The notes beneath the pieces are model-generated. The model searched no databases, was not told the origin of the DNA, and was given only the letters and a program-made list of their open reading frames with translations. From a virus (taxonomy: Duplodnaviria; Caudoviricetes), in the IMG/VR virus record IMGVR_UViG_3300028275_000007: a DNA stretch of 64,000 bases. One strand, given 5' to 3'. This document shows, one piece after another, positions 27,043-37,455 of this stretch (the first letter of the stretch is position 1; every line of letters begins with the position of its first letter). Made by a program: the position numbers and the translations under genes.

Positions 27043-30000
27043 TACCGCCAGGTACTGCTGTACCTGTGGTCTTATAAATGTTAATGGCCAATACGTCGGG
27101 TCCATTTGGGAAAGCTCCTCTTCCACCAACCGCGGTTGTTGTCAGTTCTTTAAGTTCTGATAAGTCTAGTGCATTTAAACTACCAGGTTGACACAAGAAT
27201 GAAAATACCTGCTCTCCGGGAATAGCATACTGTGGATCACCAAACTGGAATGTAACCGTACCTGCTGCACTAATAGTTGCACTAGAAGTTTGAGTAAAAG
27301 TAACACGCTGTATAGTAGTTGAACCTAATCGTCTTGGGGACACAGCTGATACAGAAGTACCTGCTGGAAATTGTGTAAAACTAGTTGCTACACGAGTACC
27401 AACTGTTCCGCTCGATGCGTTCCAGGATGGACTTGTAAAGAACAAATAGTTGGTGCCTGCATACGAAGCTGCCGAACCAGCTGCGGTAATAGTTATTGTA
27501 ACGTTATTACCAGTTCCTGCTGGGCTAATAGAATTTCCGTTTGAACTCATAACAATTCTAGTATAAGACACTCCGCTAACTGTAGCGTATGATCTAGTAA
27601 TAGATGATATAGTTTGATTTACTGTAACGTAAGTACTTGCACTTAATATATCACTCGACTGCATATAAGATACATCGTAATCTGCGTTAGTTATTAAGAA
27701 ATCATTTCTTGTTGTTGAAACTGCACTGGCGTAGGCTGTAGAAATGCTGCTAGTAACTGTAACGTTTACATTAGTATTAAGTGTACTTGAATTATTAGCA
27801 GGGGCACTCATTATAATTCGAGTATATGCAGAACCTAAATATGCTCTTGTAATAGAAGTTATTGATTGTCCGCCAGTGATAAAATTAGGTGCTGCTGCTA
27901 ATGTATCACCAACCCTTAACGGTGTAGTTGTTAATAATGTATCATATTGTGTATTGGTAATATAAAAATCTGTTCTGCTGATGCTTAGAGCTATACCAGA
28001 AGTCTGCCCTGTTAGACCAGTTGGTTGAGCAATAGCAGCAATAGTGTTTTGTACAGTTGAAAAACTTCTAGCAGCGACTGTTGTAGTCAATGCTCCTTGA
28101 ACAGTAGCGGTAGTTGTATACGGTGCAACACCTCCCCAATTAATAGAACCACCAAGTGCAATTTGTGCAAAACTTGGTTGTCCGCCAGATGCACTTGATG
28201 ATAGTCCAGTCCAGGTAATCTTAGCAGGATCTGTAGGATAATTTTTAGGATTTAATACTCCTTCAACAACAATAGCTCCAGATCCTGAGTCGGCAGTAAT
28301 AGCAATCTGATTTAATAATAATTGTGCTCTATTTAGAAGGTCTCTTTCTCCAAGGTCTCCTACAATAGCATTTGATACCGATGGTGCTAGTCTAATAGCA
28401 AATGCAGTCTGTTTGGCTGTAGAAATACTCAGACCAGTTGCTGCATAGTTAAAGATATAGCCTCGATCACTGTCAAACATACCGTCGGTTAACAGAGCAG
28501 AACCCCAGTGACTAATAGTTGGTGTTGTTGTGCAACTAATTAACTGAACACCGGAATTGGCTGGGTGTGCCTGATTTGGCCCGCCACTCATTGTTCTGTT
28601 TACACCTGCAATAAATGTTAAGAACGAAGCAGCTCTGGTACAGCCAACCAATGAATTACCACTTTTACCAGAATATGAAATTACTTCATTGTCGATATAG
28701 ATTGTTCCAGAATTAGGAAATCTGCTGGCATCAGTTAGAGGTATTGTCTGAGCAGTTGATGTTATAGCGGCAGCTAATTTATTAACCGCTGATCTATTTT
28801 CAACTTCGTAACGCACAGGCAAGTTAGCAGTACGCATATATGCTTCTGTGTTTACGTTAGAGTTTCTCATTCTGTGTAAAAATATAAATTTACCATCTGA
28901 TCCTCTAAGCATAAATTCAGCAAAACCAGCAGCATACCAAGAGTATTGCATACCTAACATCTGCATACGCCAAGGTAAAATGTTATATCCGCTAGGACCT
29001 GTTCCGTCTAATCGATCTATATTCCATTCACTTTGAGGAATATATAAATCTTGCGTCACGCATAATTTTGCACCAGTTATAGTTGTGGCGCCTCGCCAAT
29101 CTGGTGATACAGTCATAGAAGTTTGGCTAGCGATAGATGTAACAATATGACTCATACCCCTCAATACAACTTTATCCCCAACTTTTAACTGATCCTGGAA
29201 TCTAGTACCGGTTCCAGTTATTAAGTTACTGTCTACACTAATCCCTACAGTTCCTGTTAATTGATTAGTACTTGATCTACGTACAACTGCCATTTCTCGA
29301 CCATCGTATTGATAAAATAGTCCATTCTGCTCATCAAATGCACCAATTCTAACAGTACTGCCGTGCCAGCGTTTCATAATAACCTTGGCTTCTGGGCCTA
29401 GTGATCCTGTTGTAGAACTTAGTACGGCACCTGCTCGAACACGGAATCTTCTTGCATCAATGATACTTTCTACAATATAATCGCCATTGTATTCAAAAGA
29501 TACCATTCCAATAATTTCAATTTCTGCGCCTGCTTGTAATCCATGATCTGTATCATCGCAGGTAAATGTAATTAAACTATTTTCTGTAGTACCGTCGGCA
29601 GTTGCACTTGATAAGTTATAACTTGGAGCAAATAGGCCGCCGGTGGTGTACATAATGCCTTTACCAGATTGGTAACGAATGTATTTTTTACTTTGACGAA
29701 TTGCCTGTGCACCGTGACTTGGATTACCAGTACCTAGCTGAACGCCGCCGTCAAATGGTCTATGAGTAAAATATGCATCAGGTCTTGCATATACAACACC
29801 TGCCAAAGGAACAGACGAAGTATCAATCGTTCCTGTAGTTCTTGCTGGTAGTCTTACAGAAGTTGGTGTTGGAACAGAAACAATAACGTGAGGTCCTGTG
29901 GCAATTTGATGGTTTGCTGAAGTTAACACAATACTCTGAGCCGTTGTTCCGTTGGCTGTTGAAACAAATATTCCTAAACCTTGGTAAGACAGATATGCCA

Positions 30001-33000
30001 TTCCTGCCCAGGTTGCTGAGGCCGATGCTGTTCTAGATGTCCACGATCCAGTTTCGCCTGTGAATGAAGTAAGAATCGTTGTAGATCCAGAAGCCTGGAG
30101 AACAAAGTTATCGTCACCGAAGACCATATTGGTCCAGGTTGCAGTAGCTGGTAATGTTACAGAAGTCCAAGAAGTACCATTAGTCGAGTATGCTGCTGCT
30201 GTGCCACCGCTTGCCACAGCAAGGAATCGATTGTAACCATAGGCTAAGGTATTCCAAGTACCAGAACTTGGCAATGCTCCTGTAGCCGTCCAGCTTATTC
30301 CATTGTCTGCAGAATATGCTGCTGCTGTTCCGCCAGTGGCAACAACAACAAAATATGTTGATGAACCAATGAGTCCAGCAGCAATCTTTGACCAAGTGGT
30401 AGACGATGGAAGTGCTCCACCGGCGACCCAAGTTTGTCCATCTAGAGAATAAGCTGTAGCAGTTCCTCCTGATACGTGTGCAACAAACACACCATTAGAG
30501 AATGTTATACTCTGCCAAGTTCCGGAACTTGGTAGTGTTGTAGATGTCCAAGTTCCGCCTCCGTTTGTTGAATATGCAGAAGTAGTTCCAGAGTTTCCAA
30601 TTGCAAGGAAATAATCAACCGATCCAATAGTTCCTGCAGCAATGCCAACCCAGGTAGTTGATGTAGGTAGGGTGCCTCCTGCCAACCAAGTTTGTCCATC
30701 AATAGAATATGCAGATGCTGTGCCGGCACCGCCTACAGCAACAAATCTACCATTGAGTCCTGCAACAGAATTCCATCCGGTAAGGCTTGTTGGCAACGAT
30801 CTTGCTGTGGCCGCAAATCCCGGAGCTGGTTGAGAAGAAATGCTAGTTAAAACTGTTGTTCCTGGTACTAGTCCGTGGTTACTTGTAAAATCAATTTGAA
30901 TAGTTGCAATAGCACCAACGTTTAAAGATGTTCCGTCAGTAATTTCGCCTGTGATAGGTTCACTAACGGTTAATGTTGGATATATTGAAATAGTATCGCC
31001 GGCAAACGGAGTTCCTGATGCTGTTACTGTTGTAATTGCACCGCTAGATATTCCTGTGACTAATAGTGTACAGTCGTTGTCTGGTGTGATTCCGTCTAGA
31101 TTATTTCCAGCAATTATTATTCTATTTCCAATTGCATAATCAGTTCCTTCGGATCCACTTACAATGGTTGCAGAATAGACTCCGTCGGTTCTTGTGACAT
31201 CAAATACTGCGCCTGATCCGATAACTGCAATGTTAGAAGAACTAATGCCTGTATAGGCAGCATCGCCCGAATCACCTACTGGAGATCCGCTGATTGTGTA
31301 ATCTACAATTGCTCCAGCAGTAACTCCGTCAACTTGAAGAGTAATATCATTTGCAGGTGATGCACCACCAAATGAAGTTCCGGCCCAAGTTACAGTATCG
31401 CCCGGGGCAAAACTTGCTCCACCATCGGCTAATGTTATGTTGTATGCTCCGGTACCGCCGGTTCTTACTACAGTAATTCTAGCACCTGTTCCAGCGCCTG
31501 TTGTAGTAGATTGAAGTACACTCGTATATGTTGCTCCACCGGAAATTGCTGTACCAGAAAAACTAAATGTAGCAATTGCATCACCAGTTAATGTGTCTAC
31601 AACAATAGTAATATCATTGGTTGAGTCTCCGCCTAAGCTGCTACCGCTAATTAATAATCTATCACCAATTGCATAACCAGACCCGGCATTGTTGACAGTA
31701 ACGATAAGGTATGTTCCAGCAGATCTAGACACATCAAATGTTGCACTAGTACCAACCTGGGCAACATTTGACCCGGTTTGATTTGTAATTACCGCATTAG
31801 CACCAACCAGTACTGCGCCAACTGTCCCGTTTAAATTTATTAAAGAACCATCTAAAGATGTTACAAATACAGAATCCCCAGCGTTGGAAATTGCCATCCC
31901 CTGTTGAATTCCTACAGGATTAGTTACTGTGAAATTTATGTCGTCAGCAGCAGTTGTATCTTTAATTGTTGCTACTATAGTTCCAGAACCAACAACACCT
32001 GCAACTGATGTTCCTTGACTAATATATGGAGATCCAGAAATTGGTGATCCAATAGTTGGACTAGTACCATCAAATGCTATCTGTGTCGATGAAGCCGGTG
32101 TATTAAATTTTGAAATTACGGTTAAATTGTTTCCGTTACTGTAAACAGAAAATGTTGGTTGCCCAATACTTGCTCCAGTATAAAAACCAGCTTGTCTTAT
32201 TTGAATAAAGGATGTATATAAACTTTCTCCGTTTACTGTTCCCACTTTAGCAGAAGAATAATATGTAAACGAAACTGAACTTGGAATACTATAAATTAAA
32301 AACGATCCTTCTGCTCTTCCAAACCCATTTACTGAAGGATTTGTACCTTTGACTGTAATCGGTTGTCCAACGGTAAATCCGTGTGTTCCTGAAGTTGTGA
32401 CAGTGATCAATGAAGATCCGAAATATCCTGTATTTGATGAAGCGTCAGTGGTGATAGCCACAACCGAAAGATCAGTTCCTGGAATTTCGTACACCGAAGG
32501 ATATCCTCGAATCAACCCCAGGGCCTGCCACTTAGTAGGTTGTAGTCCATATTCAAAGTCAGCGTCGAGCATGGCCTGCGGTGCAGCAACACGCATACGC
32601 TCAATAGCATCAGTACCAAATTCCCAAGGACGGATCTGTTGACTTGGTTCTTCAACAAATATCTGTAAACTTGCAGAACTGCTGGTTTGACTTGTATCTA
32701 CAGATAATTCAATGGTTGTAATAGTGTCAGTGATCATCCACCAAGTTTTAAAATCAACATCACTTAATAGTTGTCCGTCACCGCTTGATCTACCTTGTTT
32801 AAATGTACAAGTGATTGTATTTCCAGGATCTGCAAAGTTGTAAAGGATTTCTCCTGTATCAGTATTTGTGATTAATAATATTTCATTAGGTTCATATTTT
32901 CCTAATAATCTAATAGAACTTACACCGGGAAGTTTTGCAGGCATACTAGGTATGCCGTCACTGATAACTGTGCTGAACACCGACCACAAAGAAGTATTTC

Positions 33001-33466
33001 TTGCAGCCGCACCGGATTCTGCATTAGAGCCTACATATTTTGTTTGTGTTAGTCCGTTGCCGTATGAAGGAGTTACTGTTAAGTTAGTAAAAATAAAATT
33101 GTTAATAACATCTCTTAGGTACGCTTGTCCAGTAATCTCAGGACTAACATCTCCACGAATCTGTGGCTCACCGTCAATCCAAAAATAATCTGCTACTTGA
33201 CGACATTTAACGTTTCCACCGTATCTTAAATCGTGAATGATAGCATCTAAAAAATATCCAACATCTCGTGTACATTTTGCTGAAGCATATGTGTAATCTA
33301 CATACGGTGCAACATCGTTGGCTATCTGATCGTTAATAAACGCAACTACCTGTGCTTGTAAAAATGCTTTGTTAGCTGTCAATAATGCCACAGCATTTGG
33401 AAATAAGTTATCATCCTTACCTACACCTGGTTCAAATACATATTGTTTTATCTGTTTCTTTGCCAT
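27011..33466 (-). CDS. Giant tail/baseplate protein (2151 aa): phycobiliprotein-like N-terminal domain, beta-rich spacers, beta-propeller
   Basis: KCTRDVGYFLDAIIHDLRYGGN; about 6-7 W..xAyg.g.FvAv blades; Thr/Ser/Gly-rich. Confidence 0.75.
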   Translation of the reverse strand: MAKKQIKQYVFEPGVGKDDNLFPNAVALLTANKAFLQAQVVAFINDQIANDVAPYVDYTYASAKCTRDVGYFLDAIIHDLRYGGNVKCRQVADYFWIDGEPQIRGDVSPEITGQAYLRDVINNFIFTNLTVTPSYGNGLTQTKYVGSNAESGAAARNTSLWSVFSTVISDGIPSMPAKLPGVSSIRLLGKYEPNEILLITNTDTGEILYNFADPGNTITCTFKQGRSSGDGQLLSDVDFKTWWMITDTITTIELSVDTSQTSSSASLQIFVEEPSQQIRPWEFGTDAIERMRVAAPQAMLDADFEYGLQPTKWQALGLIRGYPSVYEIPGTDLSVVAITTDASSNTGYFGSSLITVTTSGTHGFTVGQPITVKGTNPSVNGFGRAEGSFLIYSIPSSVSFTYYSSAKVGTVNGESLYTSFIQIRQAGFYTGASIGQPTFSVYSNGNNLTVISKFNTPASSTQIAFDGTSPTIGSPISGSPYISQGTSVAGVVGSGTIVATIKDTTAADDINFTVTNPVGIQQGMAISNAGDSVFVTSLDGSLINLNGTVGAVLVGANAVITNQTGSNVAQVGTSATFDVSRSAGTYLIVTVNNAGSGYAIGDRLLISGSSLGGDSTNDITIVVDTLTGDAIATFSFSGTAISGGATYTSVLQSTTTGAGTGARITVVRTGGTGAYNITLADGGASFAPGDTVTWAGTSFGGASPANDITLQVDGVTAGAIVDYTISGSPVGDSGDAAYTGISSSNIAVIGSGAVFDVTRTDGVYSATIVSGSEGTDYAIGNRIIIAGNNLDGITPDNDCTLLVTGISSGAITTVTASGTPFAGDTISIYPTLTVSEPITGEITDGTSLNVGAIATIQIDFTSNHGLVPGTTVLTSISSQPAPGFAATARSLPTSLTGWNSVAGLNGRFVAVGGAGTASAYSIDGQTWLAGGTLPTSTTWVGIAAGTIGSVDYFLAIGNSGTTSAYSTNGGGTWTSTTLPSSGTWQSITFSNGVFVAHVSGGTATAYSLDGQTWVAGGALPSSTTWSKIAAGLIGSSTYFVVVATGGTAAAYSADNGISWTATGALPSSGTWNTLAYGYNRFLAVASGGTAAAYSTNGTSWTSVTLPATATWTNMVFGDDNFVLQASGSTTILTSFTGETGSWTSRTASASATWAGMAYLSYQGLGIFVSTANGTTAQSIVLTSANHQIATGPHVIVSVPTPTSVRLPARTTGTIDTSSVPLAGVVYARPDAYFTHRPFDGGVQLGTGNPSHGAQAIRQSKKYIRYQSGKGIMYTTGGLFAPSYNLSSATADGTTENSLITFTCDDTDHGLQAGAEIEIIGMVSFEYNGDYIVESIIDARRFRVRAGAVLSSTTGSLGPEAKVIMKRWHGSTVRIGAFDEQNGLFYQYDGREMAVVRRSSTNQLTGTVGISVDSNLITGTGTRFQDQLKVGDKVVLRGMSHIVTSIASQTSMTVSPDWRGATTITGAKLCVTQDLYIPQSEWNIDRLDGTGPSGYNILPWRMQMLGMQYSWYAAGFAEFMLRGSDGKFIFLHRMRNSNVNTEAYMRTANLPVRYEVENRSAVNKLAAAITSTAQTIPLTDASRFPNSGTIYIDNEVISYSGKSGNSLVGCTRAASFLTFIAGVNRTMSGGPNQAHPANSGVQLISCTTTPTISHWGSALLTDGMFDSDRGYIFNYAATGLSISTAKQTAFAIRLAPSVSNAIVGDLGERDLLNRAQLLLNQIAITADSGSGAIVVEGVLNPKNYPTDPAKITWTGLSSSASGGQPSFAQIALGGSINWGGVAPYTTTATVQGALTTTVAARSFSTVQNTIAAIAQPTGLTGQTSGIALSISRTDFYITNTQYDTLLTTTPLRVGDTLAAAPNFITGGQSITSITRAYLGSAYTRIIMSAPANNSSTLNTNVNVTVTSSISTAYASAVSTTRNDFLITNADYDVSYMQSSDILSASTYVTVNQTISSITRSYATVSGVSYTRIVMSSNGNSISPAGTGNNVTITITAAGSAASYAGTNYLFFTSPSWNASSGTVGTRVATSFTQFPAGTSVSAVSPRRLGSTTIQRVTFTQTSSATISAAGTVTFQFGDPQYAIPGEQVFSFLCQPGSLNALDLSELKELTTTAVGGRGAFPNGPDVLAINIYKTTGTAVPGGIILRWGEAQA

Positions 33467-33478
33467 TTATTTTTTTCC

Positions 33479-34075
33479 TTATGCGCCAAACGCAATAGCA
33501 AATGCTGAAATTCTTGAATCAACATAATCTTTTCTTGTAGCGTGGTTTGGTTGAGTAGGTATTTCACTTAAATTTACACTTCCTAACACGTCAATACTTC
33601 CAGTAACATCTACATTTTGTGTAACGCTAACATTTCCTTGAACTGATAATTCTCCAGAACTATCACCTGGACCAATGTTTACTGATTTAAAATTTGCGTC
33701 GCCTGGGTCTTTCAAACCTATATCAATATTATCAATGGTGCCAACTGCGGCCACTGAATTGATAGTAACAACTCCGTTTACAATTTGAATGTATGGAGAT
33801 GATCCTTGAGCAATGGTAAAATCGCCATCAATTTCTAAACCATCTAATACTCCTAACTGTGTTAGTGAGCTGTGTTTAATTTGATCGCCAAGGCTGACTA
33901 CAGAGTCAGTGTTATCAATAATTAATACACCATTAACTGTAAATGTTGGTGCGACATCTAACTGACTTGTGAATAAAACTGCGCCGTTTACACGCAGGTC
34001 GCCAACTTCGTTGACGTAGAAACCGGGGCTTTTAAAACCGCTTTTTGACTCAAAAGGAATATAAGATACTGTCAT
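33479..34075 (-). CDS. Short tail-fibre-like protein
   Basis: HATRKDYVD fibre motif and hydrophobic end ISAFAIAFGA; perfect TATAAATA at 34124-34131. Confidence 0.6.
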   Translation of the reverse strand: MTVSYIPFESKSGFKSPGFYVNEVGDLRVNGAVLFTSQLDVAPTFTVNGVLIIDNTDSVVSLGDQIKHSSLTQLGVLDGLEIDGDFTIAQGSSPYIQIVNGVVTINSVAAVGTIDNIDIGLKDPGDANFKSVNIGPGDSSGELSVQGNVSVTQNVDVTGSIDVLGSVNLSEIPTQPNHATRKDYVDSRISAFAIAFGA

Positions 34076-34143
34076 TTAGATCTCCGCTATCACTCCAACT
34101 TCACCTTCTACAAAGACTATGTGTATTTATACGGGCTGAAAAG

Positions 34144-34581
34144 TTAATAGCTAACAAGATCATTAATAGTGTGATAGTAAGTTACGCTGTGTATTACTTT
34201 GGCGCCTTCTAACAATGTAGAATTGTCATAGGTGCTATCTTCTGGGCTGTTTGCTGGATTTATTAACACCTGTACTTTTGCTTCGTTAACCGCAGTGGAT
34301 AATTCTATTAAGTTTTCACCTAAATTAGTTTTTCCATATACTGTAACGCTGGCTGTCTCTGGTCCTGCTACAACTAATGCTTTTACAATTTCTTTTCTAA
34401 AATTTCCCACATCTACAACTATCGTGTATTCTGCTGCCATAAAATCTCCCACATACCATTCGTCAAGAACAGTACCTGGAAAAACAGACATCCACGGGCC
34501 TTTATAGGCAAAATTCACGCCGTTTTGAATACGCAGGGTATTCTTAATTCCTTGGAAAAAGTATTTTGCAAAATTGATCAT
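34144..34581 (-). CDS. Hypothetical tail-associated protein
   Basis: 145-aa beta-rich ORF after ATAAATA. Confidence 0.6.
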   Translation of the reverse strand: MINFAKYFFQGIKNTLRIQNGVNFAYKGPWMSVFPGTVLDEWYVGDFMAAEYTIVVDVGNFRKEIVKALVVAGPETASVTVYGKTNLGENLIELSTAVNEAKVQVLINPANSPEDSTYDNSTLLEGAKVIHSVTYYHTINDLVSY

Positions 34582-34603
34582 AGTTTAGTATTTATCGGAA
34601 AAC

Positions 34604-34627
34604 AAAAAAGCCCTTTCGGGCTTTTTT
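34604..34627 (-). terminator. Intrinsic terminator
   Basis: AAAAAAGCCC-GAAA-GGGCTTTTTT. Confidence 0.9.
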
Positions 34628-36452
34628 AGTTATTCGGAATATGAACTAATTTTCCGTATTCTGGAAGAAATAGATATTCAATATCCGAATTTTGAAGTGT
34701 CCACACAGCATCGTCTAGGGTTTCAACTAACGGTTCTCCACCTAAATTAAAGCTGGTATTAAACAAGATAGGAACTCCTGTTTCTTCTTTAAATGCACTG
34801 ATCAAATTATAGTAGTGTTCGTTCTGTTCTTTAGTAACAGTTTGAATACGACAAGTATGATCTTCGTGGATAATTGACGGAATCTTTTCCTCAATTCCGG
34901 GTTGACAATTTACAGCGTACATCATAAATGGGCTATCTTCCATTCCTCGTAGATCAAACCACTCGTGTACATCGTCTTGCAAAATACTTCCGGCAAATGG
35001 ACGGAAATATTCACGATGCTTAACTGTATTCACAAAATCTTTACCGTCTTTGAACGTAGGGTCAAATAAAACCGAACGATTACCTAGAGCACGTGGACCG
35101 TTTTCTGAGCGGCCTTGGAACATTGTAACAATGTTTTTCTCTCTTAAGAGTTTAACAACATCTTTGTAAGTAGCATCAGTAACTGTTCCGCCTACAGAAG
35201 AAACTTTAGTTTCAATTTCTTCGTTGGTATAAGAATACGCAGGTCCAAGATACAGAGTGTCGTATTTTCTAACGGTAAAATCGTTATACATTCCGTGCCA
35301 GAACATTAATGCTGCACCAATGGCTGTACCTGCGTCATTTGAAATAGGTTCTACATAAAATTCAATACCTTCGTCTTTTAGATATTGCAGATAATAGTAG
35401 TTTGCAACACAGTTTAATCCGTAACCGCCTGACAATACAACCTGTTTCTTACCGCTTTTTTCAACAGCCAATCGAATTAATTTTAAAACTTGTTCCTGAC
35501 TTTGTGTTTGAATAGCATATGCTAGGTCTCTACGACTTTGCATTTCAGTAACATCTTGTCCTTCTTGCGGAAGGTCTTCTAATGAGCTGAACAAGTTCAT
35601 ATTAACAATACTGCTCATTGGATATTTGGGAACAATTAAATTCCTATTTGATAGTGGGAAACTTCCACTTTCATCAAACAATGGGGGGATTTGATCGTTG
35701 GGTTTACCGTAGGGGAACAATCCCATGGTCTTACCTGCTTCGATAGCAGAGAAACCGCAGTATTCAGTTACACCTTCATAGACCTTAACAATGCCTGCAC
35801 GATCAGTGAGTAATGCCTCGTGAGTTTGATTGTTTTCTCCTAGCGGTGCTGAATCAAAATCTGGAATATAAGAAGCAGGAATTGGTTCTCTAGTACCGTA
35901 GTGTTTTCTTAAAGTTTTAAATTCTGCAGGATATTCGCAGTCAACAATAGATTCAACTTCCCAAAACCATAGTTGTTGATTATCGTAGCTAAATGGAAAG
36001 AATGTTCCAGCACCGTCGACGATTAAGGATACAGCATCTTTAAATCCGCTTCTATAAAAAGCACAGGCAGCGTGAAGCTTATGATGCATATGGCTGAAAT
36101 CAATTACCTGAGGGTGGCGCAAGGGAGTACTGGTTTTTCTATCAATTAAACCTAACTTACGAGCCATACCTGTGTAAATGTCGTCACCGGAGTAATCAAT
36201 TTTACCAGCAGTTTCATACAAATTCTGTGTATGAGCAACAATAAGATAATCTAGTTTATCAGTATACTCTAGAATTTTTACCATCGAAGCAAGAGGGCCG
36301 CCGTCATACTTTTGGCGTGTTAGTCTTTCTTCTTCGACTGCAAATACAATCTCACCATCTTTTAGTAAACATATACCAGCATTATGTCCTCTGGTAATAC
36401 CGGCAATCCATACTGGTTTTTTATTTGATTTTTTTACAGATGTAACACTCAT
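34626..36452 (-). CDS. O-carbamoyltransferase, NodU/CmcH/TobZ family
   Basis: GHNAG..EEER, HHKLHAA, IVDGAG, GKTMGL.PYG, SGGYGLNCVAN, GPRALGNRS, KHREYFRPFA, NTSFNLGGEPLV. Confidence 0.92.
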   Translation of the reverse strand: MSVTSVKKSNKKPVWIAGITRGHNAGICLLKDGEIVFAVEEERLTRQKYDGGPLASMVKILEYTDKLDYLIVAHTQNLYETAGKIDYSGDDIYTGMARKLGLIDRKTSTPLRHPQVIDFSHMHHKLHAACAFYRSGFKDAVSLIVDGAGTFFPFSYDNQQLWFWEVESIVDCEYPAEFKTLRKHYGTREPIPASYIPDFDSAPLGENNQTHEALLTDRAGIVKVYEGVTEYCGFSAIEAGKTMGLFPYGKPNDQIPPLFDESGSFPLSNRNLIVPKYPMSSIVNMNLFSSLEDLPQEGQDVTEMQSRRDLAYAIQTQSQEQVLKLIRLAVEKSGKKQVVLSGGYGLNCVANYYYLQYLKDEGIEFYVEPISNDAGTAIGAALMFWHGMYNDFTVRKYDTLYLGPAYSYTNEEIETKVSSVGGTVTDATYKDVVKLLREKNIVTMFQGRSENGPRALGNRSVLFDPTFKDGKDFVNTVKHREYFRPFAGSILQDDVHEWFDLRGMEDSPFMMYAVNCQPGIEEKIPSIIHEDHTCRIQTVTKEQNEHYYNLISAFKEETGVPILFNTSFNLGGEPLVETLDDAVWTLQNSDIEYLFLPEYGKLVHIPNN

Positions 36453-37384
36453 TCTTTATTCCCCATTACGTGGTTAACTACTAGCGTAGTAATATCATCA
36501 GTCATAGTCATTAGTCTTTCATTTTTTCTATCAATTCTTTCGTCTAAGGTAATTCTAATAGGGCTGTATTCTCTTTCGACTTCTCCCATATCTAGAATAT
36601 CTATTCCTTCAACATTTGGATAACTAACATTTATTGGATAGGTAGCGCCAGTTACAACAACTGCCTGTGTTCCTACTGAATATGCTAAATGTTGTCCTAG
36701 ACTGTCGCAGCCTAAAAACGAATCTGCATACTTGATAATTGAAGCCCATACTCTAATATTAGTATTTTCCGGTGTTGCAACTTCATCTTTTAATTTTGCA
36801 TCAGAAAAATCAACTTTAAACTCACTCATCAAAATTACAGCATATCCATTAGTCTGTAATTTTTTAATAATCTGTTTAACATCTTTAAGTTCAAAACTAC
36901 GGCCAGTTTTATCAATTAATGTTTCGTCGACGTATTCAATACTGCGACCAAATGGCTGGAATACAACTAATTTTTCTTTTTTGAGTTTTTTCTTAACTTC
37001 ATTTACTACATACCTGCCCTGCAATAGTTCGTCTTTAGATAAATTTAACGTAGGCTTAGGAAGGTCTCTAACTCCCTTGCCGTTCAATTCAATATCAAAC
37101 GCCTGTGCAATAGAGCATTTTTGATTGTAGTATTCCCAAATTCTATAAGGTTCCGGAGTAGCAACATCCATATCTTTTAGTTTGTCTTGGAATAGGTTCT
37201 TGTGCCAAACATCGTATACTCGGTGATCTAATGTTGGATGGCCTTTAAACACATCTGTTCCACCTTCACATACAATAATGAAATCTTTGTCTCCGGATTC
37301 CTCTTCGTATTTTTCGAAAGCAGGAATAGAGCAAATCATACGGCCCGCGCCGCCGTTGATAAAAAATGCTTTTGATCTTGTCAA
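36449..37384 (-). CDS. GT-B glycosyltransferase, GT9/heptosyltransferase-like
   Basis: FFINGGAGR, VVFQPFG, FLGCDSLGQHLA; probable TTG start at 37384, 6 nt after GGAG. Confidence 0.7.
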   Translation of the reverse strand: MTRSKAFFINGGAGRMICSIPAFEKYEEESGDKDFIIVCEGGTDVFKGHPTLDHRVYDVWHKNLFQDKLKDMDVATPEPYRIWEYYNQKCSIAQAFDIELNGKGVRDLPKPTLNLSKDELLQGRYVVNEVKKKLKKEKLVVFQPFGRSIEYVDETLIDKTGRSFELKDVKQIIKKLQTNGYAVILMSEFKVDFSDAKLKDEVATPENTNIRVWASIIKYADSFLGCDSLGQHLAYSVGTQAVVVTGATYPINVSYPNVEGIDILDMGEVEREYSPIRITLDERIDRKNERLMTMTDDITTLVVNHVMGNKE

Positions 37385-37398
37385 TTTAAACTCCAATA

Positions 37399-37455
37399 AG
37401 AAAGGCCTTGTGTTGATTATATATCCTTACGGATACATTCACAAGGCCTTTTCTG
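37399..37455 (-). promoter_or_regulatory. Long inverted repeat enclosing a sigma70 promoter; also terminator-like
   Basis: AAAGGCCTTGTG...CACAAGGCCTTT (12-bp stem), inner TATCC-GTAA-GGATA; TTGTGA-17-TATAAT lies inside it. Confidence 0.7.

Noticed and set aside
34626-36452. Carbamoyltransferase as a DNA hypermodification enzyme
   Set aside because: Not favoured: no hydroxymethylase or thymidylate-synthase homologue nearby, and the context is tail genes plus a glycosyltransferase. It cannot be excluded from this window alone.
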